Origin: Cyanobacteria bacterium auto_48_18
GTDB lineage: Bacteria; Cyanobacteriota; Vampirovibrionia; Obscuribacterales; Obscuribacteraceae
Length of the DNA stretch: 64,000 bases
Direction: 5' to 3'
Assembly: GCA_036170915.1 (NCBI GenBank)
Contig: JAVHQC010000015.1
Location: 96,001 to 160,000 of the forward strand
Of the stretch, positions 17,231 through 26,447 are shown piece after piece (within the stretch, counting starts at the first letter, position 1; the number at the start of each line of letters is the position of its first letter). The notes beneath the pieces were generated by a model. The model saw only the letters and a program-made list of their open reading frames with translations, was not told where the DNA came from and ran no database searches. Position numbers and translations under genes: made by a program.

Positions 17231-19020
17231 GGGCTCACCTCCGGCAATCTGGCGCTGAGCAATTTATTGGTGGCGGCATTTATTGCAGTGTTGGGTTTTT
17301 CAATGCTATTGGTGTTTGGTATCACCGCTGGTTTCATGGTGTCTTGAGACAACTTTGAAAGCACGCAGAAATTTACCAGGTCAGGCCTTTTTTCTGGTCG
17401 CACAATATATTCAATATTGGAGTCATTTAAAAGGTTGGAGGCACCCAGGTTGATTGATAAGTTAGAGACAGTGCTGAAGTTTAGTGCGGCACCTTCAATT
17501 TTCAACTCATTGTCATTGATTGATAATTGGCTGACTTGCAAACCTTTCGGAGTGTTGTCTCGCACAGCTTCCAAGTACCCGCTCCAGCGTTTGCCGCCGC
17601 CGACAAGCTTGTCCAGCACTTGTTTGCGGCGTTCGAGTACATCATTTTCTTGTTTCAGCTTCTTCAAATCTACCAGTTTGCGATTGCCGTCGCTGATTAA
17701 TGTCGAGGTAGCGATAATTTCGTTTTGCACTTGCGGTAAATTGAAATTGGCCAGGTAAACCCACGAGCCCAGAGCAAAAGCGAGCAGGCTGAGTGAGCCT
17801 ATTAATGCTGGTTTGAACCAAACCGGTGGTGGTATCACCTCTTCAATTATTGTTTGCGTGCGCAAAAGATCGCGAGTTAGTGGAATGCGACCTTCTTTAT
17901 TGAGGTCGAGATCTACTGTGATTGATGGATTCCACGTAGGTTCAATAGACGAGCCAATCAAAGCCGCTAAAATTGGTCGCATGCGGGGGCTGACTCGACT
18001 TTCGTCAATCACCATGTCACGCATGGGATCACCAAGAATCGTTTTGATGCGCAACTTACTGGTGAAGTATTCGTCGATATTGGGCATCATGCATCCAGGA
18101 CCGGTCAAAATCACTTGATCAATTTTGACGTCGCCCACTTGCGATTTGTAAAACTCCACCGAACGATTGAGCTCGTCGCCGATGTCACTAAATATGGTGC
18201 GAGCAACCTGACCGGCCTGACCCATGCGAGCGTCGCTGGGTGTCATATTGAACACAGGCACTTCCGGCAAAATTTCCATAGCCTGGTCAAAAGAAATATC
18301 TAGACTTCTGGCGATGGCTTCAGTCAGCGCTTCCACACCAAGAATAATAGAGCGACCAAAAAGTGGCATGGCACTGCGCACAATATTGATATCGGTGGCA
18401 TCTTGTCTGATATTGACCACCAGAGACAAGTGGCCTGATGATCCAAGATAACCGGCCAGGGCCAGCCCGCGAATCACTGAAAGCGATGACACTTCCACCC
18501 GGCCGAGTTTCACTCCGGCAGCATCAGCCATGCGCCAGTATGATTCCACAATTGAATGCTGAATGGCCGATAGAATTACATCAACTCGCCTTACCCCGTC
18601 CGGGTCGGTTCTTTCGGTGGCGTTCATCTGACACCAGTCCAAATTGGCCTCTGAAATGGGGAAAGGCACGTGGTTGGTGGCTTCTTGTGTCACCACATCA
18701 GCCAGCTCTTCGGCGGGCATGCCCACGGGCACCGGCATCAGTCTTATAACTACGGCCTGGGCGGGCACTGAGACATTAATAATGGGTGCTTGATTGTTGC
18801 TTGGTACCTGCGCTTCTTTAAGCAGGTCGTCGAGCAGCTGGCCCATAATCAAAGGGTCTGTGATCAGGCCTTCACGAATACAATTAGGTGGTGTAGGCTG
18901 GCAAGCAAAGCGCTGCACTTCAATGCCCGCCTTGGTTTTCTCGAGCTGAATCAAGGTTGTGCTGTCGCTGTTTATGTCGAGGCCAAGCATGGCCCCTTTT
19001 TTCTTGCCGAAACTAAACAA
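17227..19020 (-). CDS. pilM: PilM-PilN fusion protein
   Basis: LGLDINS, ANLDW, LVVNIRQDATDI and VILTGPG actin-like PilM motifs; then a PilN-like DLDLNK, TM, coiled coil and WS.YL...TPKGLQV...LKIEG PilN domain in one ORF. Confidence 0.85.
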   Translation of the reverse strand: MFSFGKKKGAMLGLDINSDSTTLIQLEKTKAGIEVQRFACQPTPPNCIREGLITDPLIMGQLLDDLLKEAQVPSNNQAPIINVSVPAQAVVIRLMPVPVGMPAEELADVVTQEATNHVPFPISEANLDWCQMNATERTDPDGVRRVDVILSAIQHSIVESYWRMADAAGVKLGRVEVSSLSVIRGLALAGYLGSSGHLSLVVNIRQDATDINIVRSAMPLFGRSIILGVEALTEAIARSLDISFDQAMEILPEVPVFNMTPSDARMGQAGQVARTIFSDIGDELNRSVEFYKSQVGDVKIDQVILTGPGCMMPNIDEYFTSKLRIKTILGDPMRDMVIDESRVSPRMRPILAALIGSSIEPTWNPSITVDLDLNKEGRIPLTRDLLRTQTIIEEVIPPPVWFKPALIGSLSLLAFALGSWVYLANFNLPQVQNEIIATSTLISDGNRKLVDLKKLKQENDVLERRKQVLDKLVGGGKRWSGYLEAVRDNTPKGLQVSQLSINDNELKIEGAALNFSTVSNLSINLGASNLLNDSNIEYIVRPEKRPDLVNFCVLSKLSQDTMKPAVIPNTNSIEKPNTAINAATNKLLSARLPEVSP

Positions 19021-19077
19021 CTATTTCTCCTGCCGTACTTGTCGGACTTGTCGTACCTTCAGCACCTTCATTGAGTA

Positions 19078-20265
19078 TTATGCCCCAGGCTTAATGAAGC
19101 CTCCATCTTTTGTCAGACTGATTGTGGAAATGGCGTAAGCTGCTCCGATGGCCAGGGCCGGGCCAAAAGGAAAGGTTTTGGTCACCAGAACACCCGAATT
19201 TAATACTCCGAATGTCGCTCCAGCCAGGCCCAGGGCAAAAATCATGACATAGATAGACGGATTAAGCAGGGGATTGCTGTCCGGCTTGAAATAGAGCGCC
19301 AGAAATATCAGCGCTAGAAGTGGGACGGCTGTCATGATAGCAAAGCCAATGGCCATGGGTTTTACAACTCGGCCCAGCAATTGCTGTTGGCGCAGCTCGG
19401 CATAAAGATAATAGGCTCCCATGGCCGCTCCGACCATAAAACCGATAATGACAGCGACAATCAGGCGCTCCCAACCAAGCCAGGCGGCCATCACTGCTGC
19501 TAAGACGGCGTCTGCACCACCCATTACCTCCAGAGGCTCTTCTTCTTGTTCTTCTTCTTTTTCTTGTTGTCCTGCAGGCATCTCGATCAATCCGAAATTG
19601 CGGTCGAGTTCAATATCGATGCTGTCTTCTTCGAGAGTATCTGCGGCCTTTGCTGGTTTCTCTTCCAGTAGTTCCGGATGAAGCCAACAGTAAAAAATCA
19701 AACCATAGTGAGCGATAAAGTCAAACAAAATATAGCTGACGCCGATTCCAGCCAGGCAGCCCATTAAATCGTGGCGAATGAAAGTGCTGAAGAAAATTCC
19801 CACCAACATCATCGGATAGGTAATATCGTGTGGTATCAATTTCTCTTTAAAATCGGTCACCGTCACCGCTATTAAAGTAGAAACGAAAACCAGCATATAA
19901 AGAGCGATGGTGCTGCGATCAACGTCTACTTCCACAGGGGTGGTGCCAAAAAAATGCACTACAGCAACGAAAGCTATGGCCGTGACAATTTCCACTGCCG
20001 GATAATGCCAGTGAATGGAAGCACTGCAATAACGACACTTGCCACCCAGGAAAAAGTAGGAAAAAACTGGAATAAGATCGCCTATGCCCAGTCTGTGCTC
20101 GCATTTTGTACACTGTGAAGGCGGCTTCCAGATAGACTGCCCTGCTAACGATCTAATTGCCACCACATTGAGAAAACTACCAACGCACAGGCCAATTAAT
20201 CCGGTCAATAGCTCCAGATATGGTGACGGCAGATCATAAATACTTGGCAGATAAAAATACGGCAT
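19078..20265 (-). CDS. pilD: Prepilin peptidase/N-methyltransferase PilD (A24)
   Basis: GSFLNVV, SQCTKC...GKCRYC Zn motif, TD....IP, MGGAD and FPFGPAL motifs; extended to 395 aa by insertions. Confidence 0.9.
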   Translation of the reverse strand: MPYFYLPSIYDLPSPYLELLTGLIGLCVGSFLNVVAIRSLAGQSIWKPPSQCTKCEHRLGIGDLIPVFSYFFLGGKCRYCSASIHWHYPAVEIVTAIAFVAVVHFFGTTPVEVDVDRSTIALYMLVFVSTLIAVTVTDFKEKLIPHDITYPMMLVGIFFSTFIRHDLMGCLAGIGVSYILFDFIAHYGLIFYCWLHPELLEEKPAKAADTLEEDSIDIELDRNFGLIEMPAGQQEKEEEQEEEPLEVMGGADAVLAAVMAAWLGWERLIVAVIIGFMVGAAMGAYYLYAELRQQQLLGRVVKPMAIGFAIMTAVPLLALIFLALYFKPDSNPLLNPSIYVMIFALGLAGATFGVLNSGVLVTKTFPFGPALAIGAAYAISTISLTKDGGFIKPGA

Positions 20266-20277
20266 TTCAATTTTGGC

Positions 20278-21084
20278 TTAAGGAAGTTCTCGACGCTCAT
20301 TGATTAAGGCTGAGAGTACTAACAAAATGATGACATATGCCAGTATGTAAGTAGTGAGGTAAATAAGCAACTCGCCTTGACCACCACCGGTGGTGAGCGC
20401 GCGTCCGTACATAAGCTCTGAGCGCACTCGTGTCAGGCTCTGCAAATCTGGCATGAGCCAATAAAGAGCTGCAAAAAATTTGGACACGGCAGGATTAGTA
20501 GACATTTTCGCCAAGTCTTGCAAAGAGGCGCAGCTATGCCCCACCAGCCAGAAACAAAGAGTAAATAAGACACTCATGATTGGCGTAGAGAAAGTTGAGA
20601 AAAGTGACGCCGAAGCAATGATGAAAAGCAACTCGAGATAGACCAGAGCCAGTGAAAGGGCCAGCCAAGGCAGATGAGTAAGAGCGTTCGCCGGGCTGGT
20701 TGGATCGACAAAACCAACTAAAGCACCAAGAAATCCGCCCATCATCAAGATGATAATTAGTAGACAGGACGCCAGGCCAAGATATTTTCCGAGAATAAAT
20801 TGCCACGACTTGACCGGTTTAGAAAAAATCAAATAAATGGTGCGTCGCTCAAGCTCTTTGAAAACCAGGTTAGCACCGGAAAAAACAGCGATGATGCCAC
20901 CAATCAATGAAATCGCGGCTAAGCCAAGATCTTCTACGATGCGAATATCTTGACCAACAGATAAGGTGCCGAGCAAAATGCCAAATAGCGAAATCAAACA
21001 AGCGAACACAAAAAATGCGTAGATAATTTTATCGCGCAGCACTTCGCGAAATGTGTTCAAGGCGATGGCGGCAATGATCTGCAT
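20278..21084 (-). CDS. ABC-2 permease (PilI-like) in pilus locus
   Basis: IALNTFREVLRDK, KELERRTIYLIFSKP and FILGKYLG motifs; about six TMs. Confidence 0.85.
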   Translation of the reverse strand: MQIIAAIALNTFREVLRDKIIYAFFVFACLISLFGILLGTLSVGQDIRIVEDLGLAAISLIGGIIAVFSGANLVFKELERRTIYLIFSKPVKSWQFILGKYLGLASCLLIIILMMGGFLGALVGFVDPTSPANALTHLPWLALSLALVYLELLFIIASASLFSTFSTPIMSVLFTLCFWLVGHSCASLQDLAKMSTNPAVSKFFAALYWLMPDLQSLTRVRSELMYGRALTTGGGQGELLIYLTTYILAYVIILLVLSALINERRELP

Positions 21085-21089
21085 AGTGT

Positions 21090-21896
21090 CTAATTCTGCT
21101 CAGAGTGCGGCTTTGAGTCTTTGCTTGGGTGCATGGCGGCCTGTACGTGTTCAAGGAAAAAGTCTTCCAGCGCTTTAAAATTGCCACCTTCGGCGATATC
21201 AGACACAGGTGAATCTGCCACCATTTTTCCATTAACCAGTAACCCTACACGGTCGCAAAGTTCACCCACATCAGGCAGCAAGTGTGAGTTGAAAAAGATG
21301 GTTTTACCCTCGGCCTTGAGTTCATGCAGAATGCGCCGCACATCCATTCGCCCTAATGGGTCAAGGCCACTCATGGGCTCGTCGAGAAAGAGAATTTGCG
21401 GGTCGTTTATTAGTGCCTGGGCGATGCCGAGCCTCTGCAGCATGCCTTTAGAATATTTGCCCGTTGGTTTATCGCAGGCATCAACCAGTGAAACTTTTTC
21501 CACCAAATTTTTCACTCTGGTTTCAATCAAATCGTCGGGCAGAGAAAAAAGCTTGCCCACAAAAGTGAGAAATTCGCGACCGGTGAGATGTGAGTAAAAA
21601 TAGGGATTTTCGGGCAAAAAACCAATCCGTGCCAGATTTTCGCGCTGGCTGCTGGGTGCGCCCAGAACTTTTGCCTCACCTTCGTCAGGTCGCAGCAAAC
21701 CCAATAGCAATTTCACCGTAGTGGTTTTGCCGGCACCATTAGGGCCAATCAAACCATAAGTCTGGCCGGCATAAATCTGCAGGTTGAGCCCGTCAAGCAC
21801 ACGCGTGCGCTTTTTAAGAAAGCTCGAGAGCCTGTCTTTAGTTAAGTTAACGGCCTCGATGACAACCTGGGGAGTGTCTACAGAGAACTCTGTCAA
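21090..21896 (-). CDS. ABC ATP-binding protein (PilH-like) in pilus locus
   Basis: GPNGAGKTT, GFLPENPYFY, YSKGMLQR and LDEPMSGLDP motifs. Confidence 0.9.
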   Translation of the reverse strand: MTEFSVDTPQVVIEAVNLTKDRLSSFLKKRTRVLDGLNLQIYAGQTYGLIGPNGAGKTTTVKLLLGLLRPDEGEAKVLGAPSSQRENLARIGFLPENPYFYSHLTGREFLTFVGKLFSLPDDLIETRVKNLVEKVSLVDACDKPTGKYSKGMLQRLGIAQALINDPQILFLDEPMSGLDPLGRMDVRRILHELKAEGKTIFFNSHLLPDVGELCDRVGLLVNGKMVADSPVSDIAEGGNFKALEDFFLEHVQAAMHPSKDSKPHSEQN

Positions 21897-21902
21897 AGAC
21901 CA

Positions 21903-22769
21903 TTACCCGCCTTTTGGACCGGCCTTTTTACTCAGCGTAATGATTTTGTTCAGCTCGGTGGTGGCTGCTCGTAGTCTTCGGGATACTTGCATCTGTGAAA
22001 TGCCAAGGCGACGTGCTACTTCTGTTTGGCTGAGATCTTCATAGAAGGTCAGTTGAACCACTTCTCTCAAGCCGTCACGCAATTGTTTAATTGCTTCGGC
22101 CAGCATGAAACGGTCTTCTTTGGCTAGCTGATTGCTTTGATATTTGGCATCAACCAGTGTGTCGATAAGAGACTGCTCGCTACCAGCATCATTGGAAAGA
22201 GCCTGGTCAAGCGATATTAGCGTGCGTCTGCGGTCAACTTCATAGGCTTCGTTGACGCGGCTAACAGGAATTTGCAAATCATTGGCAATTTCTACGTCTG
22301 AGGGCTCTCTGCCCAATTTGGCTGTCAGGCCTTGCACAAGACGGTTGATACGGAAGGAAAGCTCTTGCAATTCGCGAGGGGCACGAATCATGGCGGTTTT
22401 ATCGCGCAGATAGTGTCTGATTTCGCCAGTAATTAAGTGTGTGGCATAAGTTTGGAACTTAGCGCCGGCATCAGGCTTAAACTGATCTACCGCCTTTATC
22501 AGGCCAATTGAACCTACTTGAATTAGATCTTCGACAGGGTCAGTAGAGCGACGGGCCAGGCCGTAGGCAATGCGCTTTACCAGTGGCAAAGCGGCTTGAA
22601 TAATTGAGTCGCGCAGAGCAGGATCCCGAGCTTCAGCATAGAGTGCCAGCCAATTATGAATTTGGTCTGGGCCTTTAGGCGCCGAAACGTTTTTGGGCTC
22701 TAGGTCGTTGCTCACCACTATCGACGTCTCAACCATTGTACTGACTGTAATATTTGAGCTTGTATCCAT
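21903..22769 (-). CDS. sigF: SigB/SigF-type group 3 sigma factor
   Basis: EDLIQVGSIGLIKAVDQF, ITGEIRHYLRD, LGREP and LSQTEVARRLGISQMQVSRR motifs. Start taken at ATG 22769 (track TTG 22802). Confidence 0.85.
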   Translation of the reverse strand: MDTSSNITVSTMVETSIVVSNDLEPKNVSAPKGPDQIHNWLALYAEARDPALRDSIIQAALPLVKRIAYGLARRSTDPVEDLIQVGSIGLIKAVDQFKPDAGAKFQTYATHLITGEIRHYLRDKTAMIRAPRELQELSFRINRLVQGLTAKLGREPSDVEIANDLQIPVSRVNEAYEVDRRRTLISLDQALSNDAGSEQSLIDTLVDAKYQSNQLAKEDRFMLAEAIKQLRDGLREVVQLTFYEDLSQTEVARRLGISQMQVSRRLRAATTELNKIITLSKKAGPKGG

Positions 22770-23058
22770 ATCTATAATCATAACCTTCAGGCAGATTACC
22801 AAACAACAAAGAGAAATGCTTCTAATTTAAACCACGGTGTTTATGGACGCAAAATCTCCAACGAATAAAGAGTGTAAATGCGCCAGAGCTCCGCCGGATA
22901 TCTATTAAGTAATTATAATGTCGGGCCAACCCCGGTAATTCCCCATCCAGACGCTGTTGGGCCAAGCTTTGATTCAATTTAGATTCAATCAAAGTCGGAA
23001 TTGTCAGGTGCGTTGGATTACTTCATTTTAGATCTAACAGCTGATAAATGCTTGGTTC

Positions 23059-23162
23059 GGTTTGAGGCTGCGTTTTGAGCAGAACGTATAAATACTTAGT
23101 TTTACGGCACGGAAATTGGTGGTTTGAAGCCGCATTCTGATCAGAACGTATACGTTCTGGTC
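23059..23162. repeat. Imperfect 32-bp direct repeat pair plus 18-bp palindrome upstream of sigF
   Basis: GGTTTGAGGCTGCGTTTTGAGCAGAACGTATA (23059-23090) versus GGTTTGAAGCCGCATTCTGATCAGAACGTATA (23121-23152); palindrome CAGAACGTATACGTTCTG at 23142-23159. Confidence 0.7.
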
Positions 23163-23175
23163 AAAGAAGAGAGGT

Positions 23176-24014
23176 TTAAGCTCTAATGAGTTCCTGTTCT
23201 TCAAGCAGATCAAGCGTGGCGCTAATCAAATCGAGAGCTCTGTTTAATTGAACTGTATTGGGTGGAATTGCCAGGTCGCACTCCAGCACTCGCTTATTGA
23301 TATTTCTCAAGCTGAAATTACCCGCAGACAATTTTAGTAAGCCTGATAAATGCAAAAGTACGTTTTCAATTCTAGTACTGCTGGTGAAAGCCTCAACCAA
23401 CGCTTTCTCGCTAGAGCAAGCCTTAAAAGCATCATTAAGGTAACAGCCGCTGAACTTTGAAAGATGAATATCTTCAGGTCTTTCATTTATGTTTTTAGTT
23501 ACGACTGGTGGACATATGATCTTAAGGAGCGGCCCAACTTTCTCGTTCTTTTCTTTCAGTGTTTTTCTATTTCTTTGCCGTCTGTACCGTCACATCTGAA
23601 CAGTTCCAGTGAACAGGTTTTTTTAGGATCGAGTTCGCAGTTCACGAGCAAATGACTGACTGTGGAATCATATTGGGAGCAAGAGATGGAAAACACAATT
23701 TGCCAGGCTCGATATTTTGCAGTTACTTTCACGGTAGTAAAAAGATAGTCTAACGAATGTGATCGCCGGTGTGTTTCTGCATCAAATTTGTCAGTGTCGT
23801 TAAATAATCTGAAAAAGTTGACCACGGGCGCCACTATTGGTGGCACCATGCCGTCACCCGCCTCCCAGTCCTGCCCGGACATAATTTCGTACTTCCCATT
23901 GATCTCGCCAGCGAAGTCTTTAAAAAGTTGCGAAGCCTCATCGAATGGCTTTTTTCCGGTCTCGATTGAATTTAGCGTTCGCCAAAAAAATTTGCCGGCA
24001 TTAATCATTGACAC
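23176..24014 (-). pseudogene. Orphan gene split by a frameshift (track ORFs 23556-24014 and 23176-23400)
   Basis: The downstream frame is open from about 23589 to 23176 with no start codon before 23400, and overlaps the end of the upstream ORF. One extra A in GAAAAAC (23562-23566) would give one ORF of about 279 aa. Confidence 0.6.
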
Positions 24015-24028
24015 AACAACACTCCAAA

Positions 24029-25273
24029 TCAGCGCAACTGATTAATCACAGTAAAGATGGGCAGGTACATGCCCACCACCACTGAGCCGACAATGCCGCC
24101 GATGCCCACAACCATGATTGGTTCAAGCAAAGAGGTAAGCGCCTCCACCGAATTCTCCACTTCCATATCGTAAAAGTCAGCTACTTTCGAAAGCATATCG
24201 TCTAAGCGGCCTGTTTCTTCGCCCACTGCCACCATCTGCGTCACCATGGGCGGAAACACCCTTGATTTGGCCATGGGTTTAGACAAATTGCCCCCTTGCC
24301 TCACTTCAGCGTAAATTTGTTGTACTGAGTCTGCCACCACGGCATTACCGGCGGTGTCTTTAACTACATCAAGTGCTGTGAGCATGGGCACTCCTGCTTG
24401 CAACAAAGTGCCAAATGTTCGGGCAAAGCGGGCAATAGCCACTCGACCAATCAGGTCGCCGAAAAAAGGCAAACTGAGGAAGAAAAAGTCGATTTGAAAA
24501 CGGCCGGTGGTGGTTTTGTAGTAACGCTTAAGCATGTATACGCCAACGGCTGAAGCCAGCAAGAACAGCATCATCCAGACCGAGCGCATATATTGTGAAA
24601 GCAAAATCAAAAACTGCGTGTAAGCGGGCAACTCGCCGCCGATATTTTTAAACAGTCCTTCGAAAATTGGCAGAATAAAAGTGAGCATGCCCCAGAAAAC
24701 ACCAACGGCAATGACTAGAACTACAGTTGGATAAACCATAGCCGAACGCACTTTTTGATTTAGTTTTGATTTGTACTCAAGAAAGTCTGCCAGGCGCTTG
24801 AGCACATCAGCCAGGATGCCGCCTGTTTCACCAGCCTTGACCATGGAGACATACAATTTATCAAAAATGTCTGAGTGCCTGGCCATGGCATCAGACAGAG
24901 AAAGACCAGATTCAATGGAATGGCGCACGTCATCTAAGGCCTTTTTCAATTTGCGATTTGGACATTGCTCTACAATGATAGTCAAAGTGCGCAGCATAGC
25001 CACTCCAGAGCTAATCATGGCAGCAAATTGCCGGGAGAACACCACCATGTCTTTCAGGGAGACATGGTCGAATAAACTAATGCTCAAGACTTCTTTTGAA
25101 TTGAGCGTTTTGAAAAAGTTGAGAATACTGGCGCCAGCTGTGCGTTCTCTTATCTCTACAACTTCAATGCCCCGCGCTCGCAGTCGCGCCCGTAGCACCG
25201 CCGGTGATTCCGCTTGACCCACGGCTTCTTTGACGGTGCCGTCGCTTTCTCTAACCTTGTACAGAAATTCCAT
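24029..25273 (-). CDS. pilC: Type IV pilus platform protein PilC (GspF family)
   Basis: FSRQFAAMISSGV, MVKAGETGG, SAMVYP, VGEETGRLDDML and LLEP motifs. Confidence 0.95.
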   Translation of the reverse strand: MEFLYKVRESDGTVKEAVGQAESPAVLRARLRARGIEVVEIRERTAGASILNFFKTLNSKEVLSISLFDHVSLKDMVVFSRQFAAMISSGVAMLRTLTIIVEQCPNRKLKKALDDVRHSIESGLSLSDAMARHSDIFDKLYVSMVKAGETGGILADVLKRLADFLEYKSKLNQKVRSAMVYPTVVLVIAVGVFWGMLTFILPIFEGLFKNIGGELPAYTQFLILLSQYMRSVWMMLFLLASAVGVYMLKRYYKTTTGRFQIDFFFLSLPFFGDLIGRVAIARFARTFGTLLQAGVPMLTALDVVKDTAGNAVVADSVQQIYAEVRQGGNLSKPMAKSRVFPPMVTQMVAVGEETGRLDDMLSKVADFYDMEVENSVEALTSLLEPIMVVGIGGIVGSVVVGMYLPIFTVINQLR

Positions 25274-25276
25274 TGT

Positions 25277-26431
25277 TTATAGTCTTCCGAAACTACTGCC
25301 GCCATAGCCTTTTTCCATGCGGGCCGGCTCAGGTTTGCTCATGGGGCGATTGCCTATTAATTGTTCCAGATCTTCTGGTCTGCTCGATTTACTTATTGCT
25401 TCGGCAAAGGTGACTTTGCCCTGTTTAACAAGCAAAGCCAGTGAAGCTTCTAAAGTTTGCATACCTAGAGCTGAGCCCATTTGCATGCTGGCGTACATTT
25501 GCGCTGTTTTGGCTTCGCGAATTAAGTTGGCCACCGCCGGTGTGTTCATCAATATTTCTAAAGCGATAATGCGCCCGGAGGTCACCGGTGAATCCCCCGC
25601 CGCATCGTCTGCTCTGGGCAAGAGGCTCTGGCTGATAACGGCCACCAGCGCGTGCGAAAGCATAATGCGAATTTGTTGCTGCTGCTCTGGCGGGAAGACA
25701 TCAATAATGCGATCTACCGATTGTGGTGCCGAACTTGTGTGGATGGTGCTGAAGACCAGGTGACCTGTTTCAGCGGCAGTCAAGGCCAGATGAATGGTGT
25801 CCAGATCGCGCATTTCACCCACCAGTATGATGTCGGGATCTTCTCGCAAACCAGATCGTAAAGCGTTGGCAAAACTTTTGGTATCAGAACCCACTTCGCG
25901 CTGAGAAACAATTGATTTTTTATTGCTGTGAATAAATTCAATCGGGTCTTCAATAGTAAGAATATGTTTTGACTCAGTTTCGTTAATCGAATTGATCATG
26001 GAAGCTAGAGTGGTTGATTTACCCGAGCCTGTAGGGCCGGTGACCAGAACCAAACCGCGCGGCTTTTGAATAATTTCTTTGCAAATAGGCAAAAGCCCCA
26101 GTTCGTCAATTGAAGGAATGCGCGATAGCACCACCCGCAGTGCGGCAGCAAATGAGCCGCGATCTTTATAGACATTGACGCGAAAACGCCCCAGCCCGTC
26201 AACACCAAAGCCGCAGTCAAGTTCTAAATTAGCTTCGGCATAACGCCTCTGATCTTCTGTCAGGCAAGAAAAGACCAGGCGCTTAACGTCTTCTGGCGTC
26301 AGTTCCGGTAAGCTTGTGCGAATCAGCTTGCCGGCCACGCGAATGATAGGCGGTTCTTTGGCTTTAAGGTGCAAATCAGAAGCAGTGCGGTCGACTACCA
26401 GTTGCAGAAGTTCCTGCATTTCAATCGACAT
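25277..26431 (-). CDS. pilT: Type IV pilus retraction ATPase PilT
   Basis: ASDLHL, GPTGSGKSTT, TIEDPIE, LREDPD, AETGHLV and AVANLIRE (AIRNLIRE-like) motifs. Confidence 0.95.
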   Translation of the reverse strand: MSIEMQELLQLVVDRTASDLHLKAKEPPIIRVAGKLIRTSLPELTPEDVKRLVFSCLTEDQRRYAEANLELDCGFGVDGLGRFRVNVYKDRGSFAAALRVVLSRIPSIDELGLLPICKEIIQKPRGLVLVTGPTGSGKSTTLASMINSINETESKHILTIEDPIEFIHSNKKSIVSQREVGSDTKSFANALRSGLREDPDIILVGEMRDLDTIHLALTAAETGHLVFSTIHTSSAPQSVDRIIDVFPPEQQQQIRIMLSHALVAVISQSLLPRADDAAGDSPVTSGRIIALEILMNTPAVANLIREAKTAQMYASMQMGSALGMQTLEASLALLVKQGKVTFAEAISKSSRPEDLEQLIGNRPMSKPEPARMEKGYGGSSFGRL

Positions 26432-26447
26432 TTGAGAGCTCCTTATA

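Noticed and set aside
23059..23152. Possible CRISPR array (32-bp repeat, 30-bp spacer)
   Set aside because: Only two copies with five mismatches and no cas genes in the window; kept only as an unexplained repeat.
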